Source: Pavona decussata (lineage: Eukaryota). From it: a stretch of 64,000 nt of DNA. Positions 35,341-48,483 of this stretch are shown one piece after another. The notes under the pieces were generated by a model. The model was not told where the DNA came from and did no database searches. It worked only from the letters and a program-made list of their open reading frames with translations. The translations under genes were made by a program, and so were the position numbers. The stretch is taken from positions 868,001 through 932,000 of the forward strand of contig CDRNST010000196.1 of NCBI GenBank assembly GCA_977016875.1, given 5' to 3'. Each line of letters starts with the position of its first letter. The stretch's first letter is position 1.

Positions 35341-38300
35341 ACGAGTTTCTCGGACCATTCTGACATTATCAAATTATTAAAAACGTACTAAGGTGTTATA
35401 TATATACGGCTCGAAGAAAAACCCATCGTATTTGTTAAAGTAAACTTATAGGGCCAGTTATTTAAACAGAGTCTAACTTAGGCCGCGGCTTAAGACAATC
35501 AGTGGGCCTCCAAATCTGTTTATAAGTGGTTTAAAGTAGGTAAATAGTTTTCTAGTCTGGGATGCAAGCCTTCCAGCTTGTTACCGTCGGCAGTAGACAA
35601 TGTTTAGATATAATTGTTGGCAAAATTGAAAATGACTTAGAACGTAGTTTTATTAAACACCGTCTAAACTGTCTTTTAATAGCCGACCTATAAACTTTTT
35701 TAAAAGAACTGAGTTCTCATTACCCAAATAACAATGAAGTGCCTTGCACAGCCTTACGCCACTACTCTGTTTGTTTGATTTTACAGCTTTTATAACTCAC
35801 TTGAGCAGCGAGGGGGAACTTGGAATTCAGTAGGCCAGCCAGAATTGTAGCATGGTGAATTAGGCCAACCACACCGGTTTTGGATCTTACTCACTAACCG
35901 CTAATATGATTATAAAACCTGTGCGTTGCACATTAGAAGTGCTCAGTAGGAAAATAGTCACCAATAAACACGGAGGAAATCCCTGATACAGTTTCGGCAA
36001 AACTCCAAGTTAGCGTACTAGCGTATAACTCCAATATATGGAAGAAGTGGACCACCGAAGTTGAGACTACAAGTTTTGTTACAGTGATTTATATAAATCT
36101 TGAAAAATACATGTATAGCAAAGAATTTGTTGGATCTTTTTGGCTCTACTACAAAATCTGGGATAGTTTTAGAATGAGTTACCTGCCAAAAACAACAAAC
36201 ACAAGTCACGGGTAAGAAAAATCATGTTTCCGGACAAACCCAGCTCCAGAAATTTTGCGGTAGGAAGGACCAGATTAGGAAATAAATCGTACTGAAAAGA
36301 TTGCCAAAGAAAGAAAGATAAAGGGAAAGAATCAAACAAACAAGCAAAAGTGGCACCAGGTTTACGAGAAGGCCTGCAAAAGAGGTTTCATCACTTTCTT
36401 TTAGCGATCGCTAGTATCTTTGAAGACGTAACTTACAGGCCCACAACATTATATATCATCATGTTCTTTCAACGACTGCGAAAAAGCTTGTCAGATTTTA
36501 TAGTTTCCAGGGGGTCCCATTTTGCGAAGGTCTCGAAAGTTTACCGGGCCTAATAAGGAATATGACTATCAGGTATACTCTGCCGGCCGATGTGTTCCAT
36601 AAGATCATGAAGATTTTAAACGTTAGCTCAGTTTCAAAATCAATAAAGTTTCATCTCTGTTGAGTAAGCATCATGACTGTGCACGTAAAATGTATCCGGT
36701 TTTCAGTACCCTTTCACGGAACTTTCGAGTAATGGACCAAGATTCGTCTTTATTTGGACTGAGTCAGTAAAGCGGCGGCTGCAAAGTCCGCGCCGCTTTT
36801 ATATGTGGAGAAGCCGAGACAGGTCCGCTTGATGCTTTCAAGCCTTTTTTCCCAGCAACCCCTTTGGTGGCACCTTGGTGTTGTTGGGGTCACCATGCGT
36901 GAACAGCGTATTAAGAGGCTCCTCCCATAAGCTTCACTCGGTTAACAGTCAATGCAAATGAATCTCGACCAAAGTCCTATAAATCAAACCCTTAAAATTC
37001 ACTATACTTTCTGAAGGACACATTCAGGTGAAAAAATGGTTAGTGTACTGATATATCAAAAAATATTTGAAATAAGTGTACGTCTTTTTACGGAAATGAC
37101 AGACCAAATTTAAATGTTTAGCAAGCGAAAAAAAAAAGGACCCTTTCATGCGATGAGTCATTCAGTTTAGGTCAACTACTTTAGGCAAACAAAAAGACAC
37201 GACTGAATCAGTTTGTAAAATAAATATTTATTGAATTAACGTTTAAGAGCAAGGACCACTTGCAACACTGTTAGGTGACCGTCCATTTTTTTCATGAGGT
37301 GGGTTGGGATGAGGAAATTGAGAGTGGAGAGGGACATGCAAAAGAATTATAGTTGGATGGACAAACCTCCCCCTCCCCCATACAAAAATAAGAGGGTTCA
37401 TTACTGTACAGCGATTAGTTAAATAAACCCTTTTATCTAGCCTCAACATTGCTCTTCTCAGACCTTTTAGAAATATCCTGATGGCGGTAAGTCTCGCAGG
37501 ATTCGAGCAAATCAGGGGGGGAAATGATCGTCGATTTAAATTCCCTAGTGTTAATTTTTATGCGATATTCAGTTATGCCTGTACTTAGATATAGTGAGCA
37601 AAAGTAATTCATCAAGTGTGGGATACACTACTACTCTACTTTTGTGGCATTGTACTGTACGTAAACGGCGAATTAACGCGAGAATAAAAGGCACGATCTG
37701 AAATTGGTTTGAGGTCAGGTAAAAGCTATAACCTAATGTCCTCTGAAAACCTGAGTAACCTCAAGCAAAGAGGGCTTGCTATTTGCAATTCTTTCCATTT
37801 ATGTTTCAGCACTAAATATGTCAGCTGGTTACTCCATCATTTCATTTTAATAACTTGAACAAGAATCATAAATACATTTGCCCCGTAGAAGGCTGTAGAA
37901 GATGTTGTTTAGATCTTATCGTTGACAAAACGAATAAAAGGCCCAGATAACACGATGCAACGATACGTGCATCAACATGGACGACACTAGGAATCCAATT
38001 GAGATCTATCGTTCATCGAATGGCTGTACTATCGTGTCGATTTGATATCGAATCGTTTCCCAGAAAACTTGAGTGATCCGAAAATGAAATAGAACATTAG
38101 CGTTCAACATAGACACTGGCCTCACCACAAAAATCAAAGGAGCGGTTTGGCAAATTCAATGAGGAAAAGGCTGAAAAAAGATATTAAATATGTTGAAGTT
38201 TCTTTTCTTTTTCTTTTTTTTTCTGTAGACAATTTGTTCAAACTTAAGGTAATATAAAAACTAAAACAGTTTCGATTTTTACAAACAAATGTATGGCGTG

Positions 38301-40113
38301 GGGCAGTGGACCTGGCCCGACGGCAACACATTTCTTCGTAAAAATTGTAAAATTCAAAAGTTTATCCTCGCGAATTTGTAGCCGATCTCTACGAGGAAAT
38401 TTACCGATGAAGTAGATTTTTTCATTTAATCACGTGTTTAAAGATCACTGTCACACTTACATGTACCTAACCGCGAACTTTATTACGATGATAATTTCCA
38501 AAGTATTGTACACGGTGGCGACGAGCGTTGCGAAAGTTGCGCATCTACTACAAAATCCTAAATTAAAGGCGCTATTTTTCCATAGCGTGGAATGTCGTTT
38601 AACATGCGTATACCCGGGCCTTTATTCTGTAAAAAACAACTATTTACACGTAAAATATAAATTAAAATATTACTTGGGGATAAATTATATTGAAATATTC
38701 ATGTTTATATAACTGAAGCGATCTTCGCGACCAGCCAGCTGATCAATCAAGGAAAAAACCTTTTACCCAATCCAAGAAAAGTTTTACCGGAGCCAAATGT
38801 GTTCTTGCCCTCTGAAATGAGAAAAAGTTGCCAGAAATTTAATTAGTGGCTGCAACAAATGTCTCAAATTAGACTGTTTCATGTACATGCAGTATCGCTG
38901 TATATATTGCTTTCATGTGTAAAAAAAACTGATATAACCAGAACATGTATTAGGGGATTTTTTCAAAAATATCCAATACAAACATGTATTGGTGTGTTTT
39001 CGCACTTTACAATACTGTTTTCTACTCGGAAGAAAAACATCAAAATATTCCCGAATGTGCCAGTTAGACCTTGGACTGAATTGACTACCTTAAACACCCG
39101 AGGCTTTTCTTTATTGTTCGCGGGGAGCGGCCGTGTGCCTGCCAAACTGTTAGTTTGGTCCGAGAGGTTTCCTTTCTTCTTTTTTCGACAAACAAAATTT
39201 TCAAATTAGGTTCTTTAAGTGGTGACAACGAGCCTCAAGAGCAGCGAGAGAATAATCTCCACAGCTCGTTGACGCCACTTTGCGGCTCAATTCTGTTTGA
39301 GGAGCGAGAACAAAGAAAACCATTCGGAACAAGGTATACCCAAATGATCCCATACCCCCTTACTCATACCATGTACCCTGCAGTCTCCCCATAGTTTTTG
39401 GAGTAGGGAGTTGTGACCCTCAATATTGGCAGCTAAACTGCTACCAGCAACTCCGTGGGCGATCGCTCCACTCGTTGAACATCATCAAAGTATCATTCAG
39501 CAACGAGTCGAATATTAAACTCACATCTTGGAAGCGAGTATCTTTCTTCTTGAACAGCTTGTCCAAATTGTAGAGCTACTTCCACTACAATCACATACTA
39601 AGTAAGTGCAAATTAAGTAAAACTTACTTTTAGCTGGTGGTTTTTCCATGTACCAATACATGTAGCCCTCTCTAGCCCTGGCATTCACCGTTGTTCTCAG
39701 CAGTTTGGGTGGCAGTGGGCGGGGTCTGTGATAGTCGCCCGGTAAATTACCGTGAAGCTCTTTGACAAGAATATCGCTGAAATTTGGTCCGCCAATCCGT
39801 GTCAATGTACCATCAATTTCATGCCGGAACTTGAGGAGTTTGTCTTCTGATTTTTTATCTGAAACAGAAAGAAACACGGACTTAACAGTCATCAATTTTT
39901 GGTTGTTAATTGAGGATGGTTATACTATCAAATTTTGTGTTTACTTTCGAGCAGTCAAACTTGCTGGATTTGTCATAATCGCCAAATTCTAACGCGACTT
40001 TCGACGGCGTCGACATGTTCTTTCGGGACTGAACCTATCGACTTTCAAGAGGGTGATTACTTCTGAGGTAAATTAACTAAAAAAAATTTCATCGTTACTT
40101 TCAGCCGGCTGCT

Positions 40114-40143
<30 letters not shown>
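40114..40143. repeat. (ATC)10 microsatellite
   Basis: Perfect triplet run. Confidence 0.9.
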
Positions 40144-40144
<1 letters not shown>

Positions 40145-40604
40145 ACAGAATCGAAGGCTGCGGGAGTTTATGACATTAACACAGACCTCGATTTTAGTGT
40201 CGACAACTACAAGGTCTCTAGTTGAAATACATTTCCATGCACTGCTAATCGGTTTCAAGTAAGCATCCAATCTCAAAATGTATTAAGGATAAACATTTCA
40301 AAGAAGTCCACTATCGTTGACCTATATACTCAGAATTCAAGACTAATTAACTGAGAAATGAAATGATGCCTGTTCAAGGAAGAATTCGGATTACCAGGAT
40401 GTTGTTCATGCCGCATTCGATCTCCATGAAAACTCTTCACTTGCCCCGTTGTGTCTCGAATTGAAAACATGGCAACCTATTGGAATAAAGAAAATGATTA
40501 GCGAAGATGAAATGTCTTATTCTCCTAAATAGTACTATTGAAAAGAATATGCTTGTTGATATTGGAGCTAAAAGATGATGCGTATCATTAGACGATGATG
40601 ATGA

Positions 40605-40605
<1 letters not shown>

Positions 40606-40650
<45 letters not shown>
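40606..40650. repeat. (AAT)15 microsatellite
   Basis: Perfect triplet run. Confidence 0.9.
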
Positions 40651-40654
<4 letters not shown>

Positions 40655-43211
40655 TATGCAAATTCAAATCAACTTGAAAAGGAGAACTTTGAGGTTATCC
40701 CTTTTTTAAAGGTTCCCTTAGTGAAAACTTACAACAAAAAAAGAAGAAATAGATACTGTGAAAAGTTCATGTACAATGTTAAGACTTGGATGTTCATAAA
40801 TTAGTACAAAAATACCGGTAAAATACTAGCATGTACATATGCTTTTTCAACTTATTCATATCATGTCCTTCGTTAAAAAGGTGGTTTGATAAGTCGTTCC
40901 CTTGTTTCACGATTCTAACGAAAAACTGAGATTACTTAAAACAATTCACTCTTGCTGATCAGTTCAACTGGATGAAGTGTTCCTGTATGTGAATTGCGGA
41001 TAAACGCCATAAACGAATTACCAGTGACAGATCAACTGGGACCAATTCAATAAAACTTTTACACTTGCAGTTTACCACCCTTGGTTTTGAAAGTGCGTGC
41101 GTAAAAAGAGTTGAATAAAAGTTATTGCAAGTCCTAGTTGATGTGTCGGTATCGTCTCTATTTTTGCGTGTGCGTGAAGTGTAAAACAGCGGCCTAGCTT
41201 GTAAGTTATGGAGAAGTCGCCAGCAAAGTGAGAATCTGCTAGTGGGCTGAACAACGTATGGTGGGTGGTTCAAATTTAACGTAGACATAGCGCTGAGATA
41301 CTGCGAGATAGTAAACGGATAAAAAGGACAAACTCGACTGCCCGCCTTAGACGCCCCTCTTGTCTTTTAAAACTGTAATCTTTAAGCACATGTTCCAGTA
41401 ATGATACGAAAAGCACACTGTGGATACCTGTTAAAGGAATTCTCATTCTGTGCTCAAGGAATGTTCTCAGCATTTATTATACATTTACTTAAACTCCAAA
41501 CTGTCACGGGCCTTCGACAAAAGAAAAACTGAGAACTGAATACATAGTGGTCGTGCCACCCGCTTGTTTGTTTACCGAACGTGATAAGCTCGTTTCCCAT
41601 AAAAAGTCGGGAAATATATTAAGTTCTCCACTGACTATACTGATCAGGATACTGATATTGGGCCAAGAACTGTTCCTACCGCACGTCTGCCGAGTGGAAG
41701 AAGATATTTGATTTCCCATTTTTTTTTTTCGACATCATATCTACTGATCTATGTTGAAGATACACTGATAAGGCATGAAAGACGAAGAGAGAGTCCATCC
41801 CAGAGCAAAAATTGTAGGTTGCTGTCGAACTAAGGCCGGAAACAACATGACTTTAGACATGGCCCAGTTATAATCGATCCGCTAAGGCTAATTCGGCGCA
41901 AAATGCAGTGATAACCGAAGACGAACAGCGGTTGAGGGGAAAATATAATTCTACACCGGTTTCTTTCGATGTTCTGTGGCTACATTTCCGGGGTTTCTGT
42001 ATTTATTTGTGAAAAATGTGGTAGCCACACATACGATCGACCTGAAAGTGGAAGGAAGGTCAAAGGAACCGACCTTTTTCAGTTCAACACTGTCAACAAA
42101 AACGCTTGAAATTAGTTCTAACTAACAAGCTGCTTCTGTAGTCTAAAGCAAAAGGATTTGTAGCCATGATATTAATTTACACGTGCTATTTTCGACAAAT
42201 GCCGAAATCGTCTAAATTCTCCCTACGAACAAGGCCTACAGCCCGCCATTAAATCATGCTTGGAAACCAACTAACTGCCTAACAACCGTCTAGCGGCAGT
42301 GTTAATTACCTGACTTCACTCTTCACTCAGACGTGTATAATTTTTGAACGTTTGTTGCTTAGACCATACCTTATGTTTCATCTTTGTCCAGTGATCTGTG
42401 TTGCCTGCCATAAATCTGTGCTTCGCGGGTTCCTTTGCTGCCCAGTGCGACAAACTGTAAACAAAAAGATTTCAGAATGTGAGCGTTTTGGCTCAATGGC
42501 CTCCATTCGATCACTTCTTTTGTACTCACTACGGCAGACGTCCTGAGCTATCACGTTGGAGCTGAACATCTGTCATTCTTGAACTTCTTGATCGCTAAGA
42601 CTAAGCCTTAAACATTATAATTTTAAATGTAAAGGCCGCTGCTTCGCCAAGGAATTATTTACCGAGTAATCCTAGTGTGCTTTCGATGTATTGTGTTACT
42701 CTGCTAATTTATATGGTAATAAGTTAATTGGCTGAAATGACGCTTATCAAACAAAAGGCTGTCGGATAAGGAAGTCACATGATTTCAAGGACAAAAACAG
42801 TGGAATGAATTATTCGAAGGCAGAGTTGTCTTCGCTCCTGTAAATTCTGTGGCTTTAAGGGAAGTGGCAATGAAAAACACAAAGAATAGCCGATAATGAC
42901 GCAGCATTTACCCAGAAATTGCAATTATACTTAAGTAATGTAATCCCCAACTCCAGACTATGATGATTATCCTGTCACGACAGTGACACATACCATATCA
43001 CGCAACACAGTTTTAACAGCAAATAAATTGCGTCAGGAAAGTGACTGTTTATAATTGATAAATCGTCTTGTAAGCCACCCTATGTTTTGTTTCTTTCCAT
43101 TATTTGCGATTCTCTAGTTACTTGCTTCTGTCTTTTCAAAAAACGTCAAAAGTCACGCAGTCAAGTAGTCACGCAGATCCGGGTTAATTAATGCGAGATC
43201 GAGGCTAATTA

Positions 43212-43225
43212 GCTGCCATGGTGAC
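43212..43225. promoter_or_regulatory. RFX X-box-like motif
   Basis: GCTGCCATGGTGAC resembles the consensus GTTNCCATGGNAAC; ~75 bp upstream of the ATG of a ciliary gene. Confidence 0.55.
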
Positions 43226-43297
43226 GAGCCGAGGCATTTTGTGCGTTTTGCACAACAGAAAGCCGAGACAGACGGCGGCGTAAGATTTGTCGAAGAA

Positions 43298-43666
43298 ATG
43301 GAAGTTACCAGAGCTACTATAGGCTCTGATGCCTGGAAGAATGCTAGTATACGAAACATTAGGCTTACTCAGACAGTTTTGAACCGTAGCGACAAAGCAT
43401 GCGAGCTTGGGCAACAACTGGATCCGCTGCCATCGTTAAGGGATACAAGTATTCAACAGAGTAATGCGAGAATCCACGCTTATTGTCGGGCGACGAGGGC
43501 CGTTTTAGTGAAACTTAGAGAAAGTCTTTTGGACACAAACGAAGAGATTAAATCCCTCTTGAGAGGAAAGGGAGATTTAGAAAGAACTTTGGAACATATA
43601 CGAAAGGATATCATCTTAAATACAAGATCTACGATGCAGCGACAGACAAGGCCTCCTCGAGAAAAG
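43298..43666 (+). CDS. CCDC105: CCDC105-like exon 1
   Basis: MEVTRATIGSDAW...RPPREK, GTAAC donor. Confidence 0.82.
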
Positions 43667-46600
43667 GTAACGCGATCGGTCTAAATATTTTACGTTCTTC
43701 TTATGTAGCACTTGTTTTCACATGTCGTATTTGAACAGTCTAAAACCTTTCGTTTTAAGATACTTAGGAATGTGAAGCACTTAATTAAAACTGTATAGAA
43801 ATGTGCCCAAAGTGAAATTGTTTAAAATCTTTAATAATTCCTGTTTCTTTCTTTTCCGATTTCTCCTGTTTGAAAAAGTTTACGCTTATGATTAACCGCG
43901 AGCGAGTGAATGAAAAAGGAGATGGCATTAAGGTGTCATTTCATTCCTCATTTGGAAAGAACAGTTTATTTTACAGTCTGTTGATAATAGATGCCTTCGA
44001 CAAGGTTGAACAATGTAAAAAATTAAACTTTTCCATATTTTAATTACAGTATTTTCAATCATGTAAAACATATTTCCTGACAAGACAAATGCGCCTGATA
44101 CTTTTTTGCTCGTTATCAGAAAAAAATGTCCTAGTTAATGATCATCTTGGGGGGAGGGTGATATGGGGGAGAAAGGTGACTCTAAAATAACAAGAATTTA
44201 AAGCATTGATATTATGCCTAGGATCGCGTAACCATGCAAAACATTGAGACAATAGCACACAAGTGGTAAATCATTGTTTGTTCTTATCTCCGCTTGGGGT
44301 ATATTGATATGAAAATTAGTTATTTATTATAGTCCACCTGAGGCGACATAATTCCCTTTCAAGGCAAAAGTAATTAACTTTAAGTCATCCTCAGAAGTTT
44401 TTCCTCTGAAAATAATTAATTGTGACAAAAAAGATTGGCGTAAACAGTTGATTCATTAAATGCAATAAACAATATACATGCACTAAAGATACATGTATAT
44501 CTGTATAATTTGAGTGCTACCCTTCTCTACAGTGTACATTGGAATACGATCCTGAGTATATTTCTTCAGGGGATATAACTGTTGAACCTCCTGAAAATGC
44601 CTATAAAAATCTCAGGCTAATGTGGGTAATTTTGAATTCCCCAAGAGGGGTGGGGGGAGAGCCCTCCCAGTATTTGGTAGGGTTGTGTCAGTCATTTCTT
44701 CCAACGGTGAACCAGCTGTATTTTTGGCCAAAAATATATAATTTTTCAATACTTGTTTCTTTGTCAGGTATGTTTGAAGCCCATAAGACTAAAACATTTG
44801 GTTAAATAATCTGATTTTTTAAAACCCATTTTCAGACAAAAACAAGTTAAATATTTGGCGGGCAGCATACTATACACTGTAGTTTTTGTAAGGGAGTTTC
44901 CATGGGATCACGTACAGGAGGTGGTTGAATGGTGCATTAAAAAAATCTACAGTGTAAATCCAGGCTTGAATCCAAGTACAAGAAAGGGTATACTAGCAAA
45001 AACTTTGATGGAAATAATACAAGAAGCTGCTGTGAATAGTCCTTCTGCAATGATAATTTAACAATGAGGCAATGTTGTTCTGGTACAATTTTTTGTTTTG
45101 TGTGAAAGGGTGCCATTTTAGAAAATGTTTGGTGTTTGAAATAGTAAGAGGTCAAATCTTTGGGCGGAGCCTCATAGCCAATAAACGTTATATTCATAAA
45201 TTATTAAACTCTGTCACAGTGAAGGGAAATTTTGGCCAGTGAAAAGTGGTGAAAAGGATCCTGTGATCATGGTGGTCTAATTAGCATTTTTTTGTTCCAA
45301 GGACCCTGATGGTGCAGATGACCTCCTCGCTGCTGAGCGTCAGCATCTGTTAAAGTTGAAGAGGATTTTAGAAGCGCAGCTGCGATCTGTCCAAAAGCAG
45401 CTTCAAGTGCTTGATGGAGCAAGAAAAAGGCTGACCTCCTGTTTACAAGAGAGGTCAAGGGTGTTGGACCTTATCTGCCATGCAGTGTCTTCAGTGCGTG
45501 GTGCCGGCATCAAGGAAGGACAGATGGAGAAACCTGCCACTCCACCTGTTGAGCCCCTAGGTCCTTACACGCCTGAATGCGCCAGGGTGATTTCAACCGC
45601 AGAAGAAGCCAGACAGAGGTCCACTAACCTGCGCAAGGAAGTTGCTGAAGCCATTGAGCAGACAGTTAAGCTACAGAAGGCAGCACATCAATCTGTGAAT
45701 GATGGACTGACACAGAAAGTTGCTGAAACAGTCACCATGAAGGTGAGTTGGTTTGGAGTCAAAATTATCCTTTGTCATTGGGGAATTTCATGTTTGATCA
45801 GCTTGCTCAGCTTCCATCAAGGTTGCTGTCCAACATGAGTCTGTGCGCTTCTAGGGGGGCTTGCAATTAAGGAACTGTGATGGTTGTTTAACTTCTTACT
45901 GCATTTCACAGTTCACCCTCTGAGTTTAACTGAACCTGAACTTTGCATACCTAGGAATTTTGTCTGGCAACAGCTTTATGCAATCTTCTGTCTGTTTGAA
46001 CTTTTTGTGTCCAATAAGTACTAAGCAGCACTGTTTGTTTTCCTCGCAGCAACATCTTTTGGTGGGATCTGGTGAAACCCGCATGGCTATTCACCGTAGC
46101 AAACGCTGGTATGATGCAACAGAGATGGCTCTCGGTTATACACTGGTACGTACCATTTTACTGCTACATGTAACTGCTCCTGTTGCACAAGTGTAAATAA
46201 TTTATGCACTTCTACAGCATCTTCATACCTCCCTCCCCTCCACCTAGTCTCCACTCAAAAGGCAAAGTTTTTAAATAAAGTATAAAAAAATTGAATTTCC
46301 AGGAGGATGGGATGTCCAACCCCCCTCTCCCACCCTCCCCCCCCCCCAAAAAAAAATAAATACATTAAAAAAGATGACAAAACTTCTGTGGGAGAAGTAT
46401 GGAGATTTTAGGAAACAACACATTTAAAAATTCTTTGATTAAGCATTATTTTATACTTACAACTTACAAGTGTACAGTAAGTTGTTACTTAAAAATGATT
46501 TGTACCTCTAATGGTTGTATGCACACATTGCATGCCTACAGTGTTACATTTCTCATTAACACCGTAGGCATACAACTGTACCACCCAAATCAGAGGTACA

Positions 46601-46972
46601 AATTATGCATTTCTGGGTCAAAACATTGTACAGGTGTAGCTTAACCATATTTTTTTATGTATTTGACAGGGCCCAGTTGCTTATTCTGATCTCACCACAC
46701 GTGAGCGCCTGGATCGGCCAGCTGTACAGATCCACCAACGTCACCCTGGCAACCAGCTTCCAGAAGCTCGTGAAATTGTCAAGGGAGGGCAGGGGCTACA
46801 AGAATCCCTGAATGCCACAGCACGTAACATTGGCCTTTTGAGACTGACTAAAAAGAAAGTAGATGAGGATGCCAGGGATAAACACCATGCCTCCTTGATT
46901 GATGCGAGTGTGACGCGCACGCGCAGACGTCTTGGTAACCATCGCTGGGTTATCAATGGTGTTGGATGTTAA
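43298..46972 (+). CDS. CCDC105: Coiled-coil domain-containing protein 105 / tektin-like 1, 402 aa; join(43298..43666,45302..45742,46050..46145,46670..46972)
   Basis: Four GT-AG exons separated by phase-0 introns. Tektin-like motifs LERTLEHIRKDIILN...RPPREK|DPDGADDLL, GPYTPEC, RERLDRPAVQIHQRHPGNQLPEA and DKHHASLIDASVTRTRRR. AATAAA at ~47122. Confidence 0.8.
45302..45742 (+). CDS. CCDC105: CCDC105-like exon 2
   Basis: DPDGADDLL...ETVTMK; AG acceptor, GTGAGT donor. Confidence 0.85.
46050..46145 (+). CDS. CCDC105: CCDC105-like exon 3
   Basis: QHLLVGSGETRMAIHRSKRWYDATEMALGYTL; CAG acceptor, GTACG donor. Confidence 0.82.
46670..46972 (+). CDS. CCDC105: CCDC105-like exon 4
   Basis: GPVAYSDLTTRERLDRP...NHRWVINGVGC*. 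Confidence 0.85.
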   Translation, partial: GPVAYSDLTTRERLDRPAVQIHQRHPGNQLPEAREIVKGGQGLQESLNATARNIGLLRLTKKKVDEDARDKHHASLIDASVTRTRRRLGNHRWVINGVGC

Positions 46973-48096
46973 TTTGGTTGAAAATTGTCTTGTTTTTGCC
47001 AAACTTTGTTGATGCCTGATGTTCCCGTCTGAAAACTATTCCCCTTTTGGTTTGCAACCTTATCTGTTTTGCGATTCTACAGTGCTTTTGATTTATGGAA
47101 AGATTAGTAATATATAAGTGAAATAAAACAAAAATTATCTCAAAATTATGCTTTCCGCATAGGTTGCATTGTAAATCCACAATTTACAGGAATTACTGGT
47201 TAATATCTCAATTAACTCTGTTCCAAGTTTTTTTCAAGACTTAGTGTACAAATATTGTTAACTGAAGGAAAATTGGTTTTGATGGTCTTTTGGTGTTTTA
47301 TTTATATAGAAGGGAAATTAAGTTATTTTATAAACGTTTAGATGACAACAGCAATAGCCACGTTTTTAATTAACTTATTGGAGAAATACTACACATCTTT
47401 CCAATTGTAAATAAGTTTTAAAATCCTTAAAAATGCTACCTTTTTTCATATTCTGTGATGAAAACAAAATTTCGATGTGGAAATTTTTCTATGTAATGTG
47501 TGATAAAAATCAATGGGAGATACGAGAGTGTAACTGTTTGAATAAAATGTTCTACAAAAGATCAACGAGATTTGTTGAATGGTGGTTAAAATGAGTTGGC
47601 GATCAGTTCGAACCTTCGACATTTTCTTCTTGGCCACTTGAACGGATGCAAGGTAAAACGTACTTCCGAATCTGTTGGTCTTAACTTAAGTGAAAAAATC
47701 GCGCGGCCTCCTTAAGTTGTAACAAGTAGCTGGTGGCGCGACTCAGGCGCCTCCACGGCTATCATGCAAGGGAACAAGACCACAAAGTTCCAGGCTTACT
47801 ATATAGCTCTTATAAGCTAGGGTTTACAAAGCAGTACAAACTTCTGAGTACGCTTAAATTGCTGCTGATAAATATTCCTCCATACATGACAAGTTTTTAT
47901 TTTGCAGAAGGCAGACATCGCTTCTACATTTTTGTAACATAAAAATGCGTTGCGCGTCGTGAAAGTAGAAAGGCGCAACAAACAATCTTGGCTAACAACA
48001 TTGTTGCTTGACAAGTTAAGCTTGCGCGCAGGCATGTTATTATACATTGCCCAGTGTTCACTGTACATTGCCGGTATTACCTTACCCGTGCCATAT

Positions 48097-48483
48097 CAGG
48101 GGCACCCAACGGAACGTTTAGGTAAATTATCTGTTCGGAAGGCCCTTAATCCCCTACAATTTTCTGAAGGGAATTTTCACCTCGAGCTTTCGTGATAGGG
48201 GAAATTTAAGGCCTAGTGTTTTCGGATTGATAAAAATGTCGTTTCGGGTGCCAAAAAAAGGTCAGCTAAAATTTTCGGAAAGGAAATAAGACCTAAGGTT
48301 TTCGGGAAATGGACAAGGATGCCCTAGTAATTTCGAAAAGACTCAAGTTCCCCTAGAATGACCGAACAGATAGAAATATTATAGCGTGCCCTAAAATGAA
48401 CCTACAGAGCTATAAAGGCACCCCAGATAGCCTAAAACAGCGTTTCAAAGGATCTCAGAGAAAACTGTCGTTTGGTGCCCCTG
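48097..48483. mobile_element. MITE with CAGGGGCACC termini and 6-bp TSD
   Basis: CAGGGGCACCCAACG / CGTTTGGTGCCCCTG; CCATAT on both sides. Confidence 0.8.

Noticed and set aside
40437-40804. Poly-Leu and poly-Ile ORFs resembling signal peptides
   Set aside because: Artefacts of the (AAT)15 microsatellite.
43241-43297. N-terminal extension of CCDC105 in the ORF track
   Set aside because: It starts at GTG (prokaryotic convention); the first in-frame ATG is 43298.
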